DNA of 64,000 nucleotides from Pirellulales bacterium (lineage in GTDB: Bacteria > Planctomycetota > Planctomycetia > Pirellulales > PALSA-1355). This document shows, one piece after another, positions 12,310 to 21,959 of the stretch. How positions within the stretch are numbered: position 1 is the stretch's first letter; each line of letters begins with the position of its first letter. Where the stretch lies: contig CAVTBU010000005.1 in the NCBI GenBank assembly GCA_963733035.1, forward strand, positions 864,001 to 928,000, in the 5' to 3' direction. Under the pieces are notes generated by a model, which worked only from the letters and a program-made list of their open reading frames with translations, was not told where the DNA came from and made no database searches. Both the position numbers and the translations under genes were made by a program.

Positions 12310-12744
12310 TTAGCGACGTGCATGCGTGCTCTTGGCATCAGCGATTTCGACGGAGATCGCCAGATCGGCGATACCGGCCTGCTTGCAGACGTTGAGTACG
12401 TTCGCCACCCGTTCAAAAGGAGCCGTGCCGTCTCCTCTCACCAGCACTCCCAGGGCGTGGTACTGTGCATGTGCCGCGGACAGTTGTGTCTTCAATTCAT
12501 CGAGGTTGACGTTCTTGTGATCGAGCGTAATTTGTCCGTCACGGTAGACGTTTACGACCTTCTTCTCCGGCGCGGCGGACAGAGCATCGTTCGGACCGAC
12601 CTGCGGCAGCTTTAGTTCGATTTGTCGTTCGGCTTCGATGAATTTCGTGCCGATTACAAAGAAAATGATCAACAGGAACAGGACGTCGATCATCGACGTC
12701 AAGTTCAACGTGGGCATTTCTTCAACCTGACTTCGAATCGGCAT
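12310..12744 (-). CDS. exbD: ExbD/TolR family biopolymer transporter
   Basis: 'LNLTSMIDVLFLLIIFFVI' with the conserved membrane Asp; 'VLVRGDGTAPFERVANVL..CKQAGI'. Confidence 0.92.
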   Translation of the reverse strand: MPIRSQVEEMPTLNLTSMIDVLFLLIIFFVIGTKFIEAERQIELKLPQVGPNDALSAAPEKKVVNVYRDGQITLDHKNVNLDELKTQLSAAHAQYHALGVLVRGDGTAPFERVANVLNVCKQAGIADLAISVEIADAKSTHARR

Positions 12745-12783
12745 GGTGAAACTCGGTGCGAGGAAACGGAATTGAACGGGTGT

Positions 12784-13662
12784 CTAAGCGGCGGCCGGCG
12801 GACGCCCTTTCTGACGGCCTCGCCGATCTTCGTGCAGCGCTTCCGCGGAGATCAGCCCAGCCAACTCCTGGGCCAGCGAATCGATGGCCATCAGCAATCT
12901 CTCCACGCGGCCGAGGAAATAGAGGTGAATCAGCAGCGCTGGGATGGCTAGTAGCAGGCCGGCGGCGGTCGTCAGCAAGGCTTCGCTGATCCCGGCGGCC
13001 AGCAGTTCCGTGCGCCCCATGGCATCGGCGCTGGAAATGGCGTCGAACAGACGAATCATGCCCACAACCGTTCCCAACAAGCCCAGCAGGGGACTGATCG
13101 TGGCCACCGCGCTGAACAGTCGGGTGTAACGCCGCAGTCCCGGTGTAACGCGGTCTTCCGCATCAATGATGGTTTGTTCGATTTCGACCGAAGGACGGCC
13201 CCATTTTTTGACCACGGCCGCAAACACTTCGGATACGGGGCTGCTGCTCTCGTCACACAGGGCAAGGGCACCGTCGCGGTCGAGTTTGCCTTCGCTGACC
13301 TGATGCAGGAACCGCTTGACGTACGGGCGCGGAATGACGCGGCCGCCACGAAGGCTGATGGCGCGTTCGAACAGGAATACGAGCGTGAAGAACGAGCACA
13401 CCAGCAGCGGGATCATCATCACGCCGCCGCTTCGAATGATCTCGAAGAGGCTCTTATAGGATGTTGCTGAGTCGATTGCCGGGGAGTCCCCGAGCGACGC
13501 GGCCTCAGCCGAAGCCTGCGCCGGCGCATCTTGTGCGGAGGAGGTTGTCCACGTTGATCCGGCCAACGCCAAAAACAATATGCACCTGAAGATCAGGCTC
13601 CCAACCTTTGAATTACCGGCGTGGAAATGGTGCCGAGTTATTGCATCCATGCAAAGCCTCAC
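12784..13662 (-). CDS. exbB: MotA/TolQ/ExbB proton channel family protein
   Basis: 'ISPLLGLLGTVVGMI', 'LAAGISEALLTTAAGL..AIP'; N-terminal signal-like extension; start overlaps the TPR gene stop. Confidence 0.92.
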   Translation of the reverse strand: MRLCMDAITRHHFHAGNSKVGSLIFRCILFLALAGSTWTTSSAQDAPAQASAEAASLGDSPAIDSATSYKSLFEIIRSGGVMMIPLLVCSFFTLVFLFERAISLRGGRVIPRPYVKRFLHQVSEGKLDRDGALALCDESSSPVSEVFAAVVKKWGRPSVEIEQTIIDAEDRVTPGLRRYTRLFSAVATISPLLGLLGTVVGMIRLFDAISSADAMGRTELLAAGISEALLTTAAGLLLAIPALLIHLYFLGRVERLLMAIDSLAQELAGLISAEALHEDRRGRQKGRPPAAA

Positions 13663-16460
13663 TTTCGCGCGGTAGGTCCACTCGCCAGTCGCTGTCGCAT
13701 GGCGACAAGTCGTCGGTTGGCTTCCGCATTGAGTTCGCTATCGGGGTATAGTTCGAGCAGTTTCTGATAAAAGTCGGCCGCCCGTTTCCATTGTCCTTGG
13801 GCCTGTTCGGCTTTGCCCGATTGCAAAAGGGCCGCCGCGTGCCAATGCGGGAAATGGCCGTCAACCTGTAGGTATTCGGCTAGTGCCTGTGGATATTTCT
13901 CTTGATGGAAGTAACTTTCGCCAAGCATCCAACGGGCCATGGCCGCTGTTTCACTGCCGACGGCCTCCGGAGCTTCGAGTGTTTTCTTGTACCACTGCCG
14001 TGCGGAGTCAAAATCGGCCTGGGCCGCATAGGCACGCCCAAGCAGATAATTTACCTCGTACTGCTCAGGGAAATTTGGAAAACGCGCGGCAATCTTCTCG
14101 GCAACGGCCAACGCCTCGTTCCAACGACGAAGTTGTGCAAGTGCTTGCGCGCGGCGTAGCTCCGCGGTCGGCAGCCAGGTGTCGTTCAGTTCGGCAGTTT
14201 TTTTCGCAAGCGCGTCGAGCCGACTGGCGGCCTGCTCAAAGTCTCCTTGCCGAAAGCTGGCCTCACCGAGCAGGTACTCCGCCGGAAGGGCAAGGTCGCT
14301 GTCTGCGTGTTCTTTCAACAGCTGCGTGAGGGGACGCTGAGCCGCCGTCCAGTGTCCGCTGGCCAGCTCCGTGCGCCCCTCCAGATAGAGCGCCTGCGGT
14401 CGGATCTCCAGGGGCGCGTCGGGACGCGTAACTTCTCGGAGCAATGTCTTTGCCGTTTCGAAATCGCTTTTCGCGATGGCCGCTTCTGCCAGGCGTAAAG
14501 TTGCATCACTCACGTACGGGCTCGCGGCAAACTCCGTCCGAAGACGGTTGAACAATTCGTTCGCAGCCGCAGGGTTTGACGTGAGTCGAAGGCAGGCGCT
14601 GCGGTAAATTGCTTCATCGAGACCGACAAACTCAGGGTGCGTTTCGATCAGCGTGGCGTAGCCACGACGGGCCTCGTCAAGCCGTCCCAGTTGTTCGTGC
14701 AAACGAGCGGCGCAGAGCATCGCCTCCGCGGCGCGTGGTGTGTCCGAATAGCGGTTTACGACCAGTTCGTACATGGCCATCGCTTCGTCAGGGTGATCAA
14801 GATGCTCTAGCGCTCGGCCGCGCATCAGCGCCGCTTCGGCAGCCAACGGATCACCGGGAGCTGCGTCGAGTACCTGCTGAAATGCATCGGCGGCCTCGGT
14901 CCACCGCCCGGCATTGAAGTAGTTCCAGGCCAGGCTCGATTGGGCCCGACTCGCGATTTTTGCCGACCCTTCGACGACGCCCGCGAGCAAGTCTTGGGCA
15001 AGCGGTTGCTGGCCCGCCAATTGCGCGAGTTCTCCGACGCGAAGCTTGGCTTCGTCGATGACTTCCCTGGCAGGGCTACTTTGGGCAAGCGTGGCCAGGG
15101 TCTTTCGTGCGTCGTCGAAGTTGCCCAGCTTCGCCTGGCAGATGGCGAGAATGCCTTGTGCCCGGGCGCGTAACTGATCGGCATCCGGGATTGTTGCCGG
15201 ATCGGCGTCCAGAAGCGAGCGGAGTTGTACGACCGCGTCGGCCGGCTTGTCGAGAAGGGCCAGGGCCTGGCCCTTGGCGAGCCTGGCTTGGTCGACGAGC
15301 GGACTGTCAGGAAACCGCTTCAGCAGATCTTCGGCCAGCTCTAGGCTTTCGGCGGCGTCTTTGTTTTCGACGGCAATCCGTAACTTGCCGAGCAGCGAGT
15401 CGTCTGCCCAGGCCGAGTCGGGATACCGTTGCAGCACGCGATCAAATGCTTCGCGCACGGCCTCGAAGTTGCCTGAGTGCAGCAGGGCATCGGCCGAATG
15501 AAAGTTCACGGCTGGAGCCAGCACATGCTGCGGATCCAACTTGGTTTGCGAGAGCGTTTCACTGGCAACCCGCCATTGTCCCTGGGCCGCCTGAGTCAGT
15601 GCCAAATAGTAAGATGCCTCAAGCTGCGTGGCCGGACTGGCAGCCAACGCAGTAAAGACTTGTTGGGCCTCTTGCGTTCGCCCCAGCTTGAGCATGGCGT
15701 ATCCGCGACCGAGATGGGCTTTGTCGATCAGTTCGCTCTGGGGAAACTGCCGGATGAAGTCGTCGAATGTCGCCAGCGCCGCGGGGTGTTCGCCCAGCAC
15801 GTTTTCGATGGCTCCGACCTGCAATAGTGCCGGCTCGGTGAGTTCTCCGCCCTGTTCCACCACATGCCGATAAGCAGTGAGAGCTTCCTTCGGCTCGCCC
15901 CGCATGTGATAAACTTGTGCTAGACCAAATTGTGATTCTGCGGCCATCGGACCATGGGGATAGCGCTCGAGAGAGGCTTCAAACCACTTTTGCGCGACAT
16001 TGGCTTGCTCCGCTTGAAGCGCCAACCCACCAAGATAGGCAAGCCCATAGGCGTTGAGCGGGTCGTCTGGATAGCGGTCTGCAAATGCGGTCAATTGGCG
16101 TTGGGCCTCGGCATCATCGCCGACCATGTAGGCCGCCTCACCGACACGGAACAGACATTGCTGCGAATGAGGCCCGGACGCGTCGAGTTCGAGGACTCGA
16201 GCGAAGTGCGGGCGGGCGTCGTTCCAACGTCCAAGTTGCACCAGCGCCTCACCGTAAAAGAATTGCATTTCACTTCGCCCGGCGGCCTGTGGGTCCGACT
16301 CGAACAGCCGCGCGAAGGCCTCGCACGCCTGCTCCCAGCGCCCGTTGCGATAGTGTCCAGCGGCAACGGCAAACAGACCGCTGTCGTCCGCGCGTACGCT
16401 GCCGCCTGCCATCGCGAAGAGCGTTAGCAATAGCAAGCATGACTGCCGGACGTTCCGCAT
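13659..16460 (-). CDS. Large periplasmic tetratricopeptide-repeat protein (CpoB/BamD-like repeats)
   Basis: Signal peptide (MRNVRQSCLLLLTLFAMAGGSVRA) then many helical repeats ending in (Y/F)P(D/Q)S; alternative start 16490. Confidence 0.88.
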   Translation of the reverse strand: MRNVRQSCLLLLTLFAMAGGSVRADDSGLFAVAAGHYRNGRWEQACEAFARLFESDPQAAGRSEMQFFYGEALVQLGRWNDARPHFARVLELDASGPHSQQCLFRVGEAAYMVGDDAEAQRQLTAFADRYPDDPLNAYGLAYLGGLALQAEQANVAQKWFEASLERYPHGPMAAESQFGLAQVYHMRGEPKEALTAYRHVVEQGGELTEPALLQVGAIENVLGEHPAALATFDDFIRQFPQSELIDKAHLGRGYAMLKLGRTQEAQQVFTALAASPATQLEASYYLALTQAAQGQWRVASETLSQTKLDPQHVLAPAVNFHSADALLHSGNFEAVREAFDRVLQRYPDSAWADDSLLGKLRIAVENKDAAESLELAEDLLKRFPDSPLVDQARLAKGQALALLDKPADAVVQLRSLLDADPATIPDADQLRARAQGILAICQAKLGNFDDARKTLATLAQSSPAREVIDEAKLRVGELAQLAGQQPLAQDLLAGVVEGSAKIASRAQSSLAWNYFNAGRWTEAADAFQQVLDAAPGDPLAAEAALMRGRALEHLDHPDEAMAMYELVVNRYSDTPRAAEAMLCAARLHEQLGRLDEARRGYATLIETHPEFVGLDEAIYRSACLRLTSNPAAANELFNRLRTEFAASPYVSDATLRLAEAAIAKSDFETAKTLLREVTRPDAPLEIRPQALYLEGRTELASGHWTAAQRPLTQLLKEHADSDLALPAEYLLGEASFRQGDFEQAASRLDALAKKTAELNDTWLPTAELRRAQALAQLRRWNEALAVAEKIAARFPNFPEQYEVNYLLGRAYAAQADFDSARQWYKKTLEAPEAVGSETAAMARWMLGESYFHQEKYPQALAEYLQVDGHFPHWHAAALLQSGKAEQAQGQWKRAADFYQKLLELYPDSELNAEANRRLVAMRQRLASGPTARK

Positions 16461-16656
16461 CACAACGACGCCGCCGGGTTCGTGAAACAATGTCCCTAGT
16501 TTGGTCGCGAATCGTAGCGGCGGCGGTAGAAATGCCGCAAGGCCGCTTCAATGAAGCGACCTTGCCAGCTGACGTTCGAGTTTTTCACCCGTGGAGCGCC
16601 GCCGGGCTGCTAGCCTTGCTAGCCTCTTTGCGACGGACTCTCGGTGATAAGCGATG

Positions 16657-17226
16657 CTAGAAGTCGACCGAGCCAGTCTCTACGTTTCCAACCATGTGGA
16701 AGTGGTTGTGGTCAACGTAGATTACCTCGCGGGCATCTTCGTTGCGGGTCGTATACGGCAGCGGCCAACCGACCCGTGTTACCTCGGTGTAGTACACCGT
16801 GCACTTGTAGTGAGCATGATGCTGCTGGGCAGGCCCAATAAGCGGATAGAATCGTGGTGGATCGACATAGTCGGCAATCTTTTCCTTGATGATCCGCACG
16901 TTGTTCCGCTGTACTTCATGCATCACTGGCAAACCGCCCTCGACGGGATGAGCCCGCTCCAAGGCCCGCATGACCTCGTCGTCGCTCGGTTCGTCGAGTG
17001 CTTGCACGGGACCGCCTGCGGTGAGCGGACCGAGAATCGGCACTCGCTCATAGCGTTCCTTCATCCACCACTCGTCTTCCTTCTTGTCCTGAAAGAATGG
17101 GCTGACGGGAATTGGCACGCCGAAGACGCCCAGGTTTGGACCGGCCACGCCAGCACATCCCGTACTGCCGAGCAGGGCCAGGCCCAAGAGGATCAATCCC
17201 ATTTTGCCGGACGTCATGCGTGCCAT
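16657..17226 (-). CDS. Hypothetical lipoprotein
   Basis: Hydrophobic leader ending in lipobox-like 'LGSTGC'; GAGGG RBS; globular body ending 'VIYVDHNHFHMV'. Confidence 0.75.
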   Translation of the reverse strand: MARMTSGKMGLILLGLALLGSTGCAGVAGPNLGVFGVPIPVSPFFQDKKEDEWWMKERYERVPILGPLTAGGPVQALDEPSDDEVMRALERAHPVEGGLPVMHEVQRNNVRIIKEKIADYVDPPRFYPLIGPAQQHHAHYKCTVYYTEVTRVGWPLPYTTRNEDAREVIYVDHNHFHMVGNVETGSVDF

Positions 17227-17476
17227 AACTCGATTCCCTCACACCCGCTGTGAACGTTGGGGGCACTACCCCCGGCCTTTTCTAGCCGCGTTTCGGGAGC
17301 GACGTTGCCGTAGCGGCTTGGTGTGGCCATACGACTGTGCAACGTCACCGCGACGTTAGCCCTAGTTATCGAGTTGGTCTGGGGCAAACTTGTGGGATTT
17401 TCCGGTTTTGACGAAAAATCGGAAGTTCCGACCCAATGCGTCAACGTTTTCGACGGTGGCAACGCTAGCGACGCGC

Positions 17477-17514
17477 AAAAAAAGTCCCGTCCGGGCACTC
17501 ACCCGGCGGGACTT
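17477..17514 (-). terminator. Rho-independent terminator after the BON-domain gene
   Basis: AAGTCCCG(T)CCGGG...CCCGGCGGGACTT stem with an A7 run that reads as a U tail on the minus strand. Confidence 0.8.
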
Positions 17515-17538
17515 CAGAGTTCATGCGACGGCGTCCGT

Positions 17539-18303
17539 TTAATGATGGCTGCGGTCGTAGAAGTCGAGGAACCACCAGCCATCATCCCATTCCAACGCTA
17601 CCTTACGCCAACCGAGCGGCACCTGGGGATATGGGTAGAACGGACCAATGTACGGCCACGCGGTGGGCGAGTATTGCTGCGGATAGGTCAGGGCTGAGTA
17701 GTTCGGGTAAGCAGCATAGCTTGGCCAGGCGTAGTTCGGCATGTACGGCTGATCGTAGGCCGGGGGATTCACCGCTGGACCACCAGCCGGAGCATACATC
17801 GTCGGCGGGCAGGCATGTCGCGCGGCTTTGCGAGCCAGGTGGTTGTAGCCGGCAGGCGCCACCTGCCCTCCTTCGGTGGCCGAAGCAACCGGAAGTTCTT
17901 GCCCAGTCGCCGCTGCGGCAGGATCAAAATCGGCCGTTGTCGCCGAAACTCGACGCGTCATGTGGCTGATCGCCGGACGACCGGGTCGCGCGGCGCCCGG
18001 CGCATGCTGCTTCGCGGCCCTGGCGACCGTCATGTTGTTAACGATTTGGTCAATCCCTTCGATGTCGCTGACGACTCCCAATGCTGCTTGCAGCTGCTGA
18101 TTGTTGGAGACTCGCCCAGAAAGCCAGACGGTTCCGTCTTTGTACTTTACACCGACACTGTAGTCCTTCATTCTCCCGCTGTCCCGCAAGATCGTGGCAA
18201 TCTGCTGGGCAGCTGCTCGTTCTTCGCGGTCGTCGGCCAGCGCTCGGGCTGGTGCGGTGGCGGCAATCGAAGCGATCACCAAGCTAAACAAGATCCGTCG
18301 CAT
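17539..18303 (-). CDS. BON-domain secreted protein with Tyr/Pro-rich C-terminus
   Basis: Signal peptide; 'VGVKYKDGTVWLSGRV...ALGVVSDIEGIDQIVNNMTV' BON pattern; tail 'YPYPQVPLGWRKVALEWDDGWWFLDF'; AGGAGG RBS. Confidence 0.85.
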   Translation of the reverse strand: MRRILFSLVIASIAATAPARALADDREERAAAQQIATILRDSGRMKDYSVGVKYKDGTVWLSGRVSNNQQLQAALGVVSDIEGIDQIVNNMTVARAAKQHAPGAARPGRPAISHMTRRVSATTADFDPAAAATGQELPVASATEGGQVAPAGYNHLARKAARHACPPTMYAPAGGPAVNPPAYDQPYMPNYAWPSYAAYPNYSALTYPQQYSPTAWPYIGPFYPYPQVPLGWRKVALEWDDGWWFLDFYDRSHH

Positions 18304-18560
18304 TTCCCCCCCTCCTGAATGAATGCCATGGCATCCGTTGTTGAGGCGCCCGCCTTTGTGGGCCTCGTGTTTATTTCCGCGTTGAGCCAATACGCCGGGA
18401 GTCTCCCCGGTGCATCGGCCATTCACCCGACTATAGGTGTCGGTTGCGGATTGTGCCGAAGGGGAGCTTTTTTCCGATCCTAGCGGTTTTTGCGGGAAGT
18501 TGGCCGGCAGCTAGCTGGCGAAAACCCACAGGCATCAGGAAGCGCAAGGCGGGAGAGCCG

Positions 18561-18845
18561 CTAGTGGATGGTGGCGCTGGCATGTGCCCGGAAATCCCAA
18601 ACGGCAGCCAGCACCATCACTGATAGCGTGGCGCCAGAACCAAGCCAGTGGCGTGCTCCTAGGGCGACAAAGGCCATGGTGGCCAGCCCCATGACTGCCA
18701 GGCATCCAAAAAACAACGAATGGCACCAGGGCTGGCTGGAAGAGCCCTCACTGAGCCGAGCCAACCAGGCACTAAGGAGGCCGACCACTTGCATCAAACC
18801 CAGGGTCCACGCCAAAGCCGAGCTTTCTAGGTACGTCATTCGCAT
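18561..18845 (-). CDS. Small three-TM hypothetical membrane protein
   Basis: Three hydrophobic segments; GGAG RBS before ATG 18845. Confidence 0.65.
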   Translation of the reverse strand: MRMTYLESSALAWTLGLMQVVGLLSAWLARLSEGSSSQPWCHSLFFGCLAVMGLATMAFVALGARHWLGSGATLSVMVLAAVWDFRAHASATIH

Positions 18846-18935
18846 AGGTCTCCACGAATCCCTTCGATAGACATGACACACGCGGCCTGGAATCCGACTC
18901 ATCCTGAGTCCGAATTTCAGTTGTCGTGTGCCCAG

Positions 18936-18951
18936 AGCGACTTGCGTGCCG
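18936..18951 (-). promoter_or_regulatory. Candidate sigma54 promoter (leftward)
   Basis: Minus strand CGGCACGCAAGTCGCT = GG-N10-GC with GGCACG core, ~90 nt upstream of ATG 18845. Confidence 0.45.
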
Positions 18952-19196
18952 CGGTCGGCGCGACCAGGGAGTTTCCTTGACTTTACGGCGTTAAACTACT
19001 GCAATTAAAGAGCTTGCGAATATATCGACGCTTACTTCTATCCCCGAAGATGCGGTGAATTTCAGGGCTTTCGCAGATCAATAGTTTGCAAGATCTGCAA
19101 AACCTCCCTCAAGTTCCGAGCATTTGCAGCCGCGTGAAATGGACCATTTTACACGTGCCGGCGCAGCGTTTGCCGGCTGTGCTAGCAATCCGCGCG

Positions 19197-19215
19197 ATTC
19201 ACCAAATTGGTGAAT
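19197..19215. promoter_or_regulatory. Perfect palindrome, candidate activator-binding site
   Basis: ATTCACCAA-A-TTGGTGAAT between two divergent sigma54-like promoters. Confidence 0.45.
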
Positions 19216-19400
19216 TGTCACAATTCTTGGGAAATTGGCTCGACGTGATCTTGCCTAAACTAACTTGTTCGGCAAACGAATTGACGGGGCGAGTCGAATC
19301 TTGCACATTGGCGCAAGTCCTTAAGGTTCGGAGCTTCTTGCCGATCGGTCCCCATTATTCGGACGATCTCAAGAGCGTTCCGGCGACTTGACTGGACTGT

Positions 19401-19417
19401 CCGGCACGAAGATTGCA
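19401..19417 (+). promoter_or_regulatory. Candidate sigma54 promoter (rightward)
   Basis: CCGGCACGAAGATTGCA, near-consensus TGGCACG-N4-TTGCA, 60 nt upstream of ATG 19477. Confidence 0.65.
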
Positions 19418-19476
19418 AATTGATGCAATCGGTGTCCAAGAGGTGTCAGATTCTAACTCTTGTAAGGAGCTCGCCA

Positions 19477-19647
19477 ATGGATGACGAGACGAAAGGGGAT
19501 TTCGAGTCCCACCGTACGCGACGTACGCCCAATTCGCGTCAGCGCACGCCGCAAGCAACCCGCGCAACGCGTCACAAGAAGAAGTCTCCTGATGCCGTTG
19601 GCATGGGGGGCGTTCATCGGCGACGCAACAAACACTGGAGTTGGTAG
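19477..19647 (+). CDS. 56-aa basic small protein
   Basis: TAAGGAG RBS, ATG 19477, Arg/Lys/His-rich, ends 'GGVHRRRNKHWSW'; has its own promoter and terminator. Confidence 0.7.
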   Translation: MDDETKGDFESHRTRRTPNSRQRTPQATRATRHKKKSPDAVGMGGVHRRRNKHWSW

Positions 19648-19709
19648 GTGTCAGCTAGCCATCCGGTGTAGGCGCCCACGGGCGCAAAGAATCCCTGGTC
19701 ACGAACAAG

Positions 19710-19736
19710 AAAAGCCGCGCGAAAGCGCGGCTTTTC
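19710..19736. terminator. Bidirectional Rho-independent terminator
   Basis: AAAAGCCGCGC-GAAA-GCGCGGCTTTTC between convergent genes. Confidence 0.9.
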
Positions 19737-19781
19737 GTTTGCGCGAATGACCGATCCGAGCCGACTTTTGCTCGGCCCTGC

Positions 19782-21646
19782 TCACTTCAACAGTTTTTGC
19801 AGCTCCGTCTCGAGTTCGTCGGTCCTGATGTTCCGGTTCACAACCTTGCCCTGTTTGTCGACGAGGATCATCGTGGGGACGATCTGAATCCCAAGCTCGG
19901 TCGCATATCGGCTACCCTCGAGTCCCCCCTCCTCGTAAAGCTGGGGCCAGCGGGGATCGTTCTGCTTGAGAAAGGCGATCATTTCTTGCGGATCATTATC
20001 GAGACACACACCGACGACTTCGAAGTTTTTGCCGTATTTGGTTCGCAGTTCTTTAAGCAGCGGCATGTCTGCCTTCGAAAGGTCCGACCAGGTGGCCCAG
20101 TACTGAATAAGCACCACCTTGCCGTGACGCTCGGCCAGATCGAACATCTGGCCGCCATTGATCATCTTGCCCTTGAGCGAGATCGACTTGCCAGGCGACT
20201 CCAAGCGCGTCTTGCGCCCAGGGCCTTGGTATACAGCGGCGAGTCAGGGTAGCTCTTGACGAGTTCGTCGTACCACTTCAGCGCCTTCGTATCGTCGCCG
20301 CCGAACTCCTCCGAAATTGCCAATTCCATCACCGCTTCGGCCGAAAGCGGATACTTCTTGGCCTTGTCGACGAATGCTGTCAGATCGGTGATCCAGTGGG
20401 ATTGGATCAAAGCGAAATCTGCTTTCGGCTGCGACAATTCGTGGCCGTGTTGGGCGGTCATCCAACGCCATTCGATGTAGGTTGCTAGCTCGTCGTTGGC
20501 CGGATCCTTGGCCAGTTCGTCAGACAACTCGCGTAGCTTCGCAATGCCCTCCTCGTAACCCCCGGTTTGCACGGCGGCGCTGAGCGTGTCGGCAATTTGG
20601 TGGTACCACTGCGTGTGATTCTCGGCGTCTTCTTCGGCCAGTTGCTTGAGCAAGTCGACTCGCTTGGCGTGTTGCTCGGGCGTACTGCTAGCAAGATCTG
20701 GCAGCGATTGCAGCTCCTTCATGATGTCTTGCATGCGTTGCGACGGCTGACCGGCGACAGGAGCCCCATCCGGCTGTTGTGGCCGCGGCATGGGGAAGAA
20801 GAATGGCTCGGTACCGTTTTCCGACATGCTGGGCAGGTCGATCAGCCGCCAATTGTCGCCGACGCGAACTATCGTCCCGACTGACAGCGGCTGGGGCTTG
20901 CCGTCGGTCTCGACCATCGCCATCACGTTTTCGTAGACCGTCAGGTCGGCGGTTGAATCATCGGTGCCCGCAGGTACTAGCCCTGGCTGCATGCCCCCAA
21001 AGGAGACCCACTTCGAGTCCTTGCCAATGATCGACTGGCCAGCCGCCAGCTTGGCGAAGCTGGCGGCCGCTACCTCGATTTTCTTGCGCAACTGTTCGGT
21101 TTTGCCGGCGCCAGCGCCGAGCGATTTGAGCTCGTTGGTGTGGAGCAAAATTCGCTCGAATCTTTCACGGTCATGGTCCCGCAGGGCAGCCACCAACTCG
21201 GCGGTCACTTCCTCGGGCGAGATGCTCTTCCAGTAGTCAATCTTCCCATCTTCGTTGCGATCGACGCCCCACCGCGAGCCGCCAGTGTTCAGCCACCGGC
21301 ACTGGTCGGCTTTGCGGTTGAAGTTTGAGTCGATATCCCGGTAAACCTCGACGCCATCCTTGAAGTAGCACCATTGGTCCACCACGTTGTCGCTGTTGGA
21401 ATCGGTGAACGTGCGTAGGATCTGGCCCGACACGTCACGCACGACCCAACCTCGCTTGCCTTCCGCCTTGATCGTGCATTTTTCGATCTCGTCACCCGAC
21501 GGACGTTCGATATCGACGTCTTTCTGCACTGGCTGGAGCGACAGAGCATCCTTGGCAGACGGACTGGCGGCCAGCGCATCGCGCCCGGCAACAAGCGCCA
21601 AGAGAAGCGATGCGACCAAGGGTGACTTGCGAAACGTGATAGTCAT
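19782..21646 (-). CDS. Secreted protein with C-terminal TlpA/redoxin-like domain (1-nt frameshift near 20212)
   Basis: GGAGG RBS, signal peptide, DxNxDxxxD-type repeats, helical region, then 'GKVVLIQYWATWSDLSK...VPTMILVDKQGKV'; restoring one base gives KALGAKTRLESPGK. Confidence 0.8.
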
Positions 21647-21900
21647 CGACGAGTTACCTCCCACGGCACGGACGAGGGCGTTGAGATGTGGCCCCAGAGA
21701 CAGGCGCATTTATCTTCGGCAACCTGCGCAGCAAAAGTGAAATTGTTCCGCATTTGTGGGCTCGACCGATTAAACGGCATCGCCTATTGCGTTGCAAATC
21801 CTATGCAGATTGAGCATCCGCGGAGGCAATTTCGCTGCGAATTTGCTGGTAGCACGCGAACAGACGGCTGTGTGTGCTAGCCGTGCTATATTGAGACGAA

Positions 21901-21928
21901 TTGACAGCCAGCCGGGGGCACCTAAAAT
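21901..21928 (+). promoter_or_regulatory. sigma70-type promoter of the tRNA-Ile/tRNA-Ala pair
   Basis: TTGACA-N16-TAAAAT ~30 nt upstream of tRNA-Ile. Confidence 0.75.
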
Positions 21929-21959
21929 GCGATATTCGCCAAGGGCCAGCCCCTGAGCC

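Noticed and set aside
17362..17393. sigma28-like promoter (CAAG...TCGATAA, minus strand) before the lipoprotein gene
   Set aside because: Match too loose to support without a matrix scan
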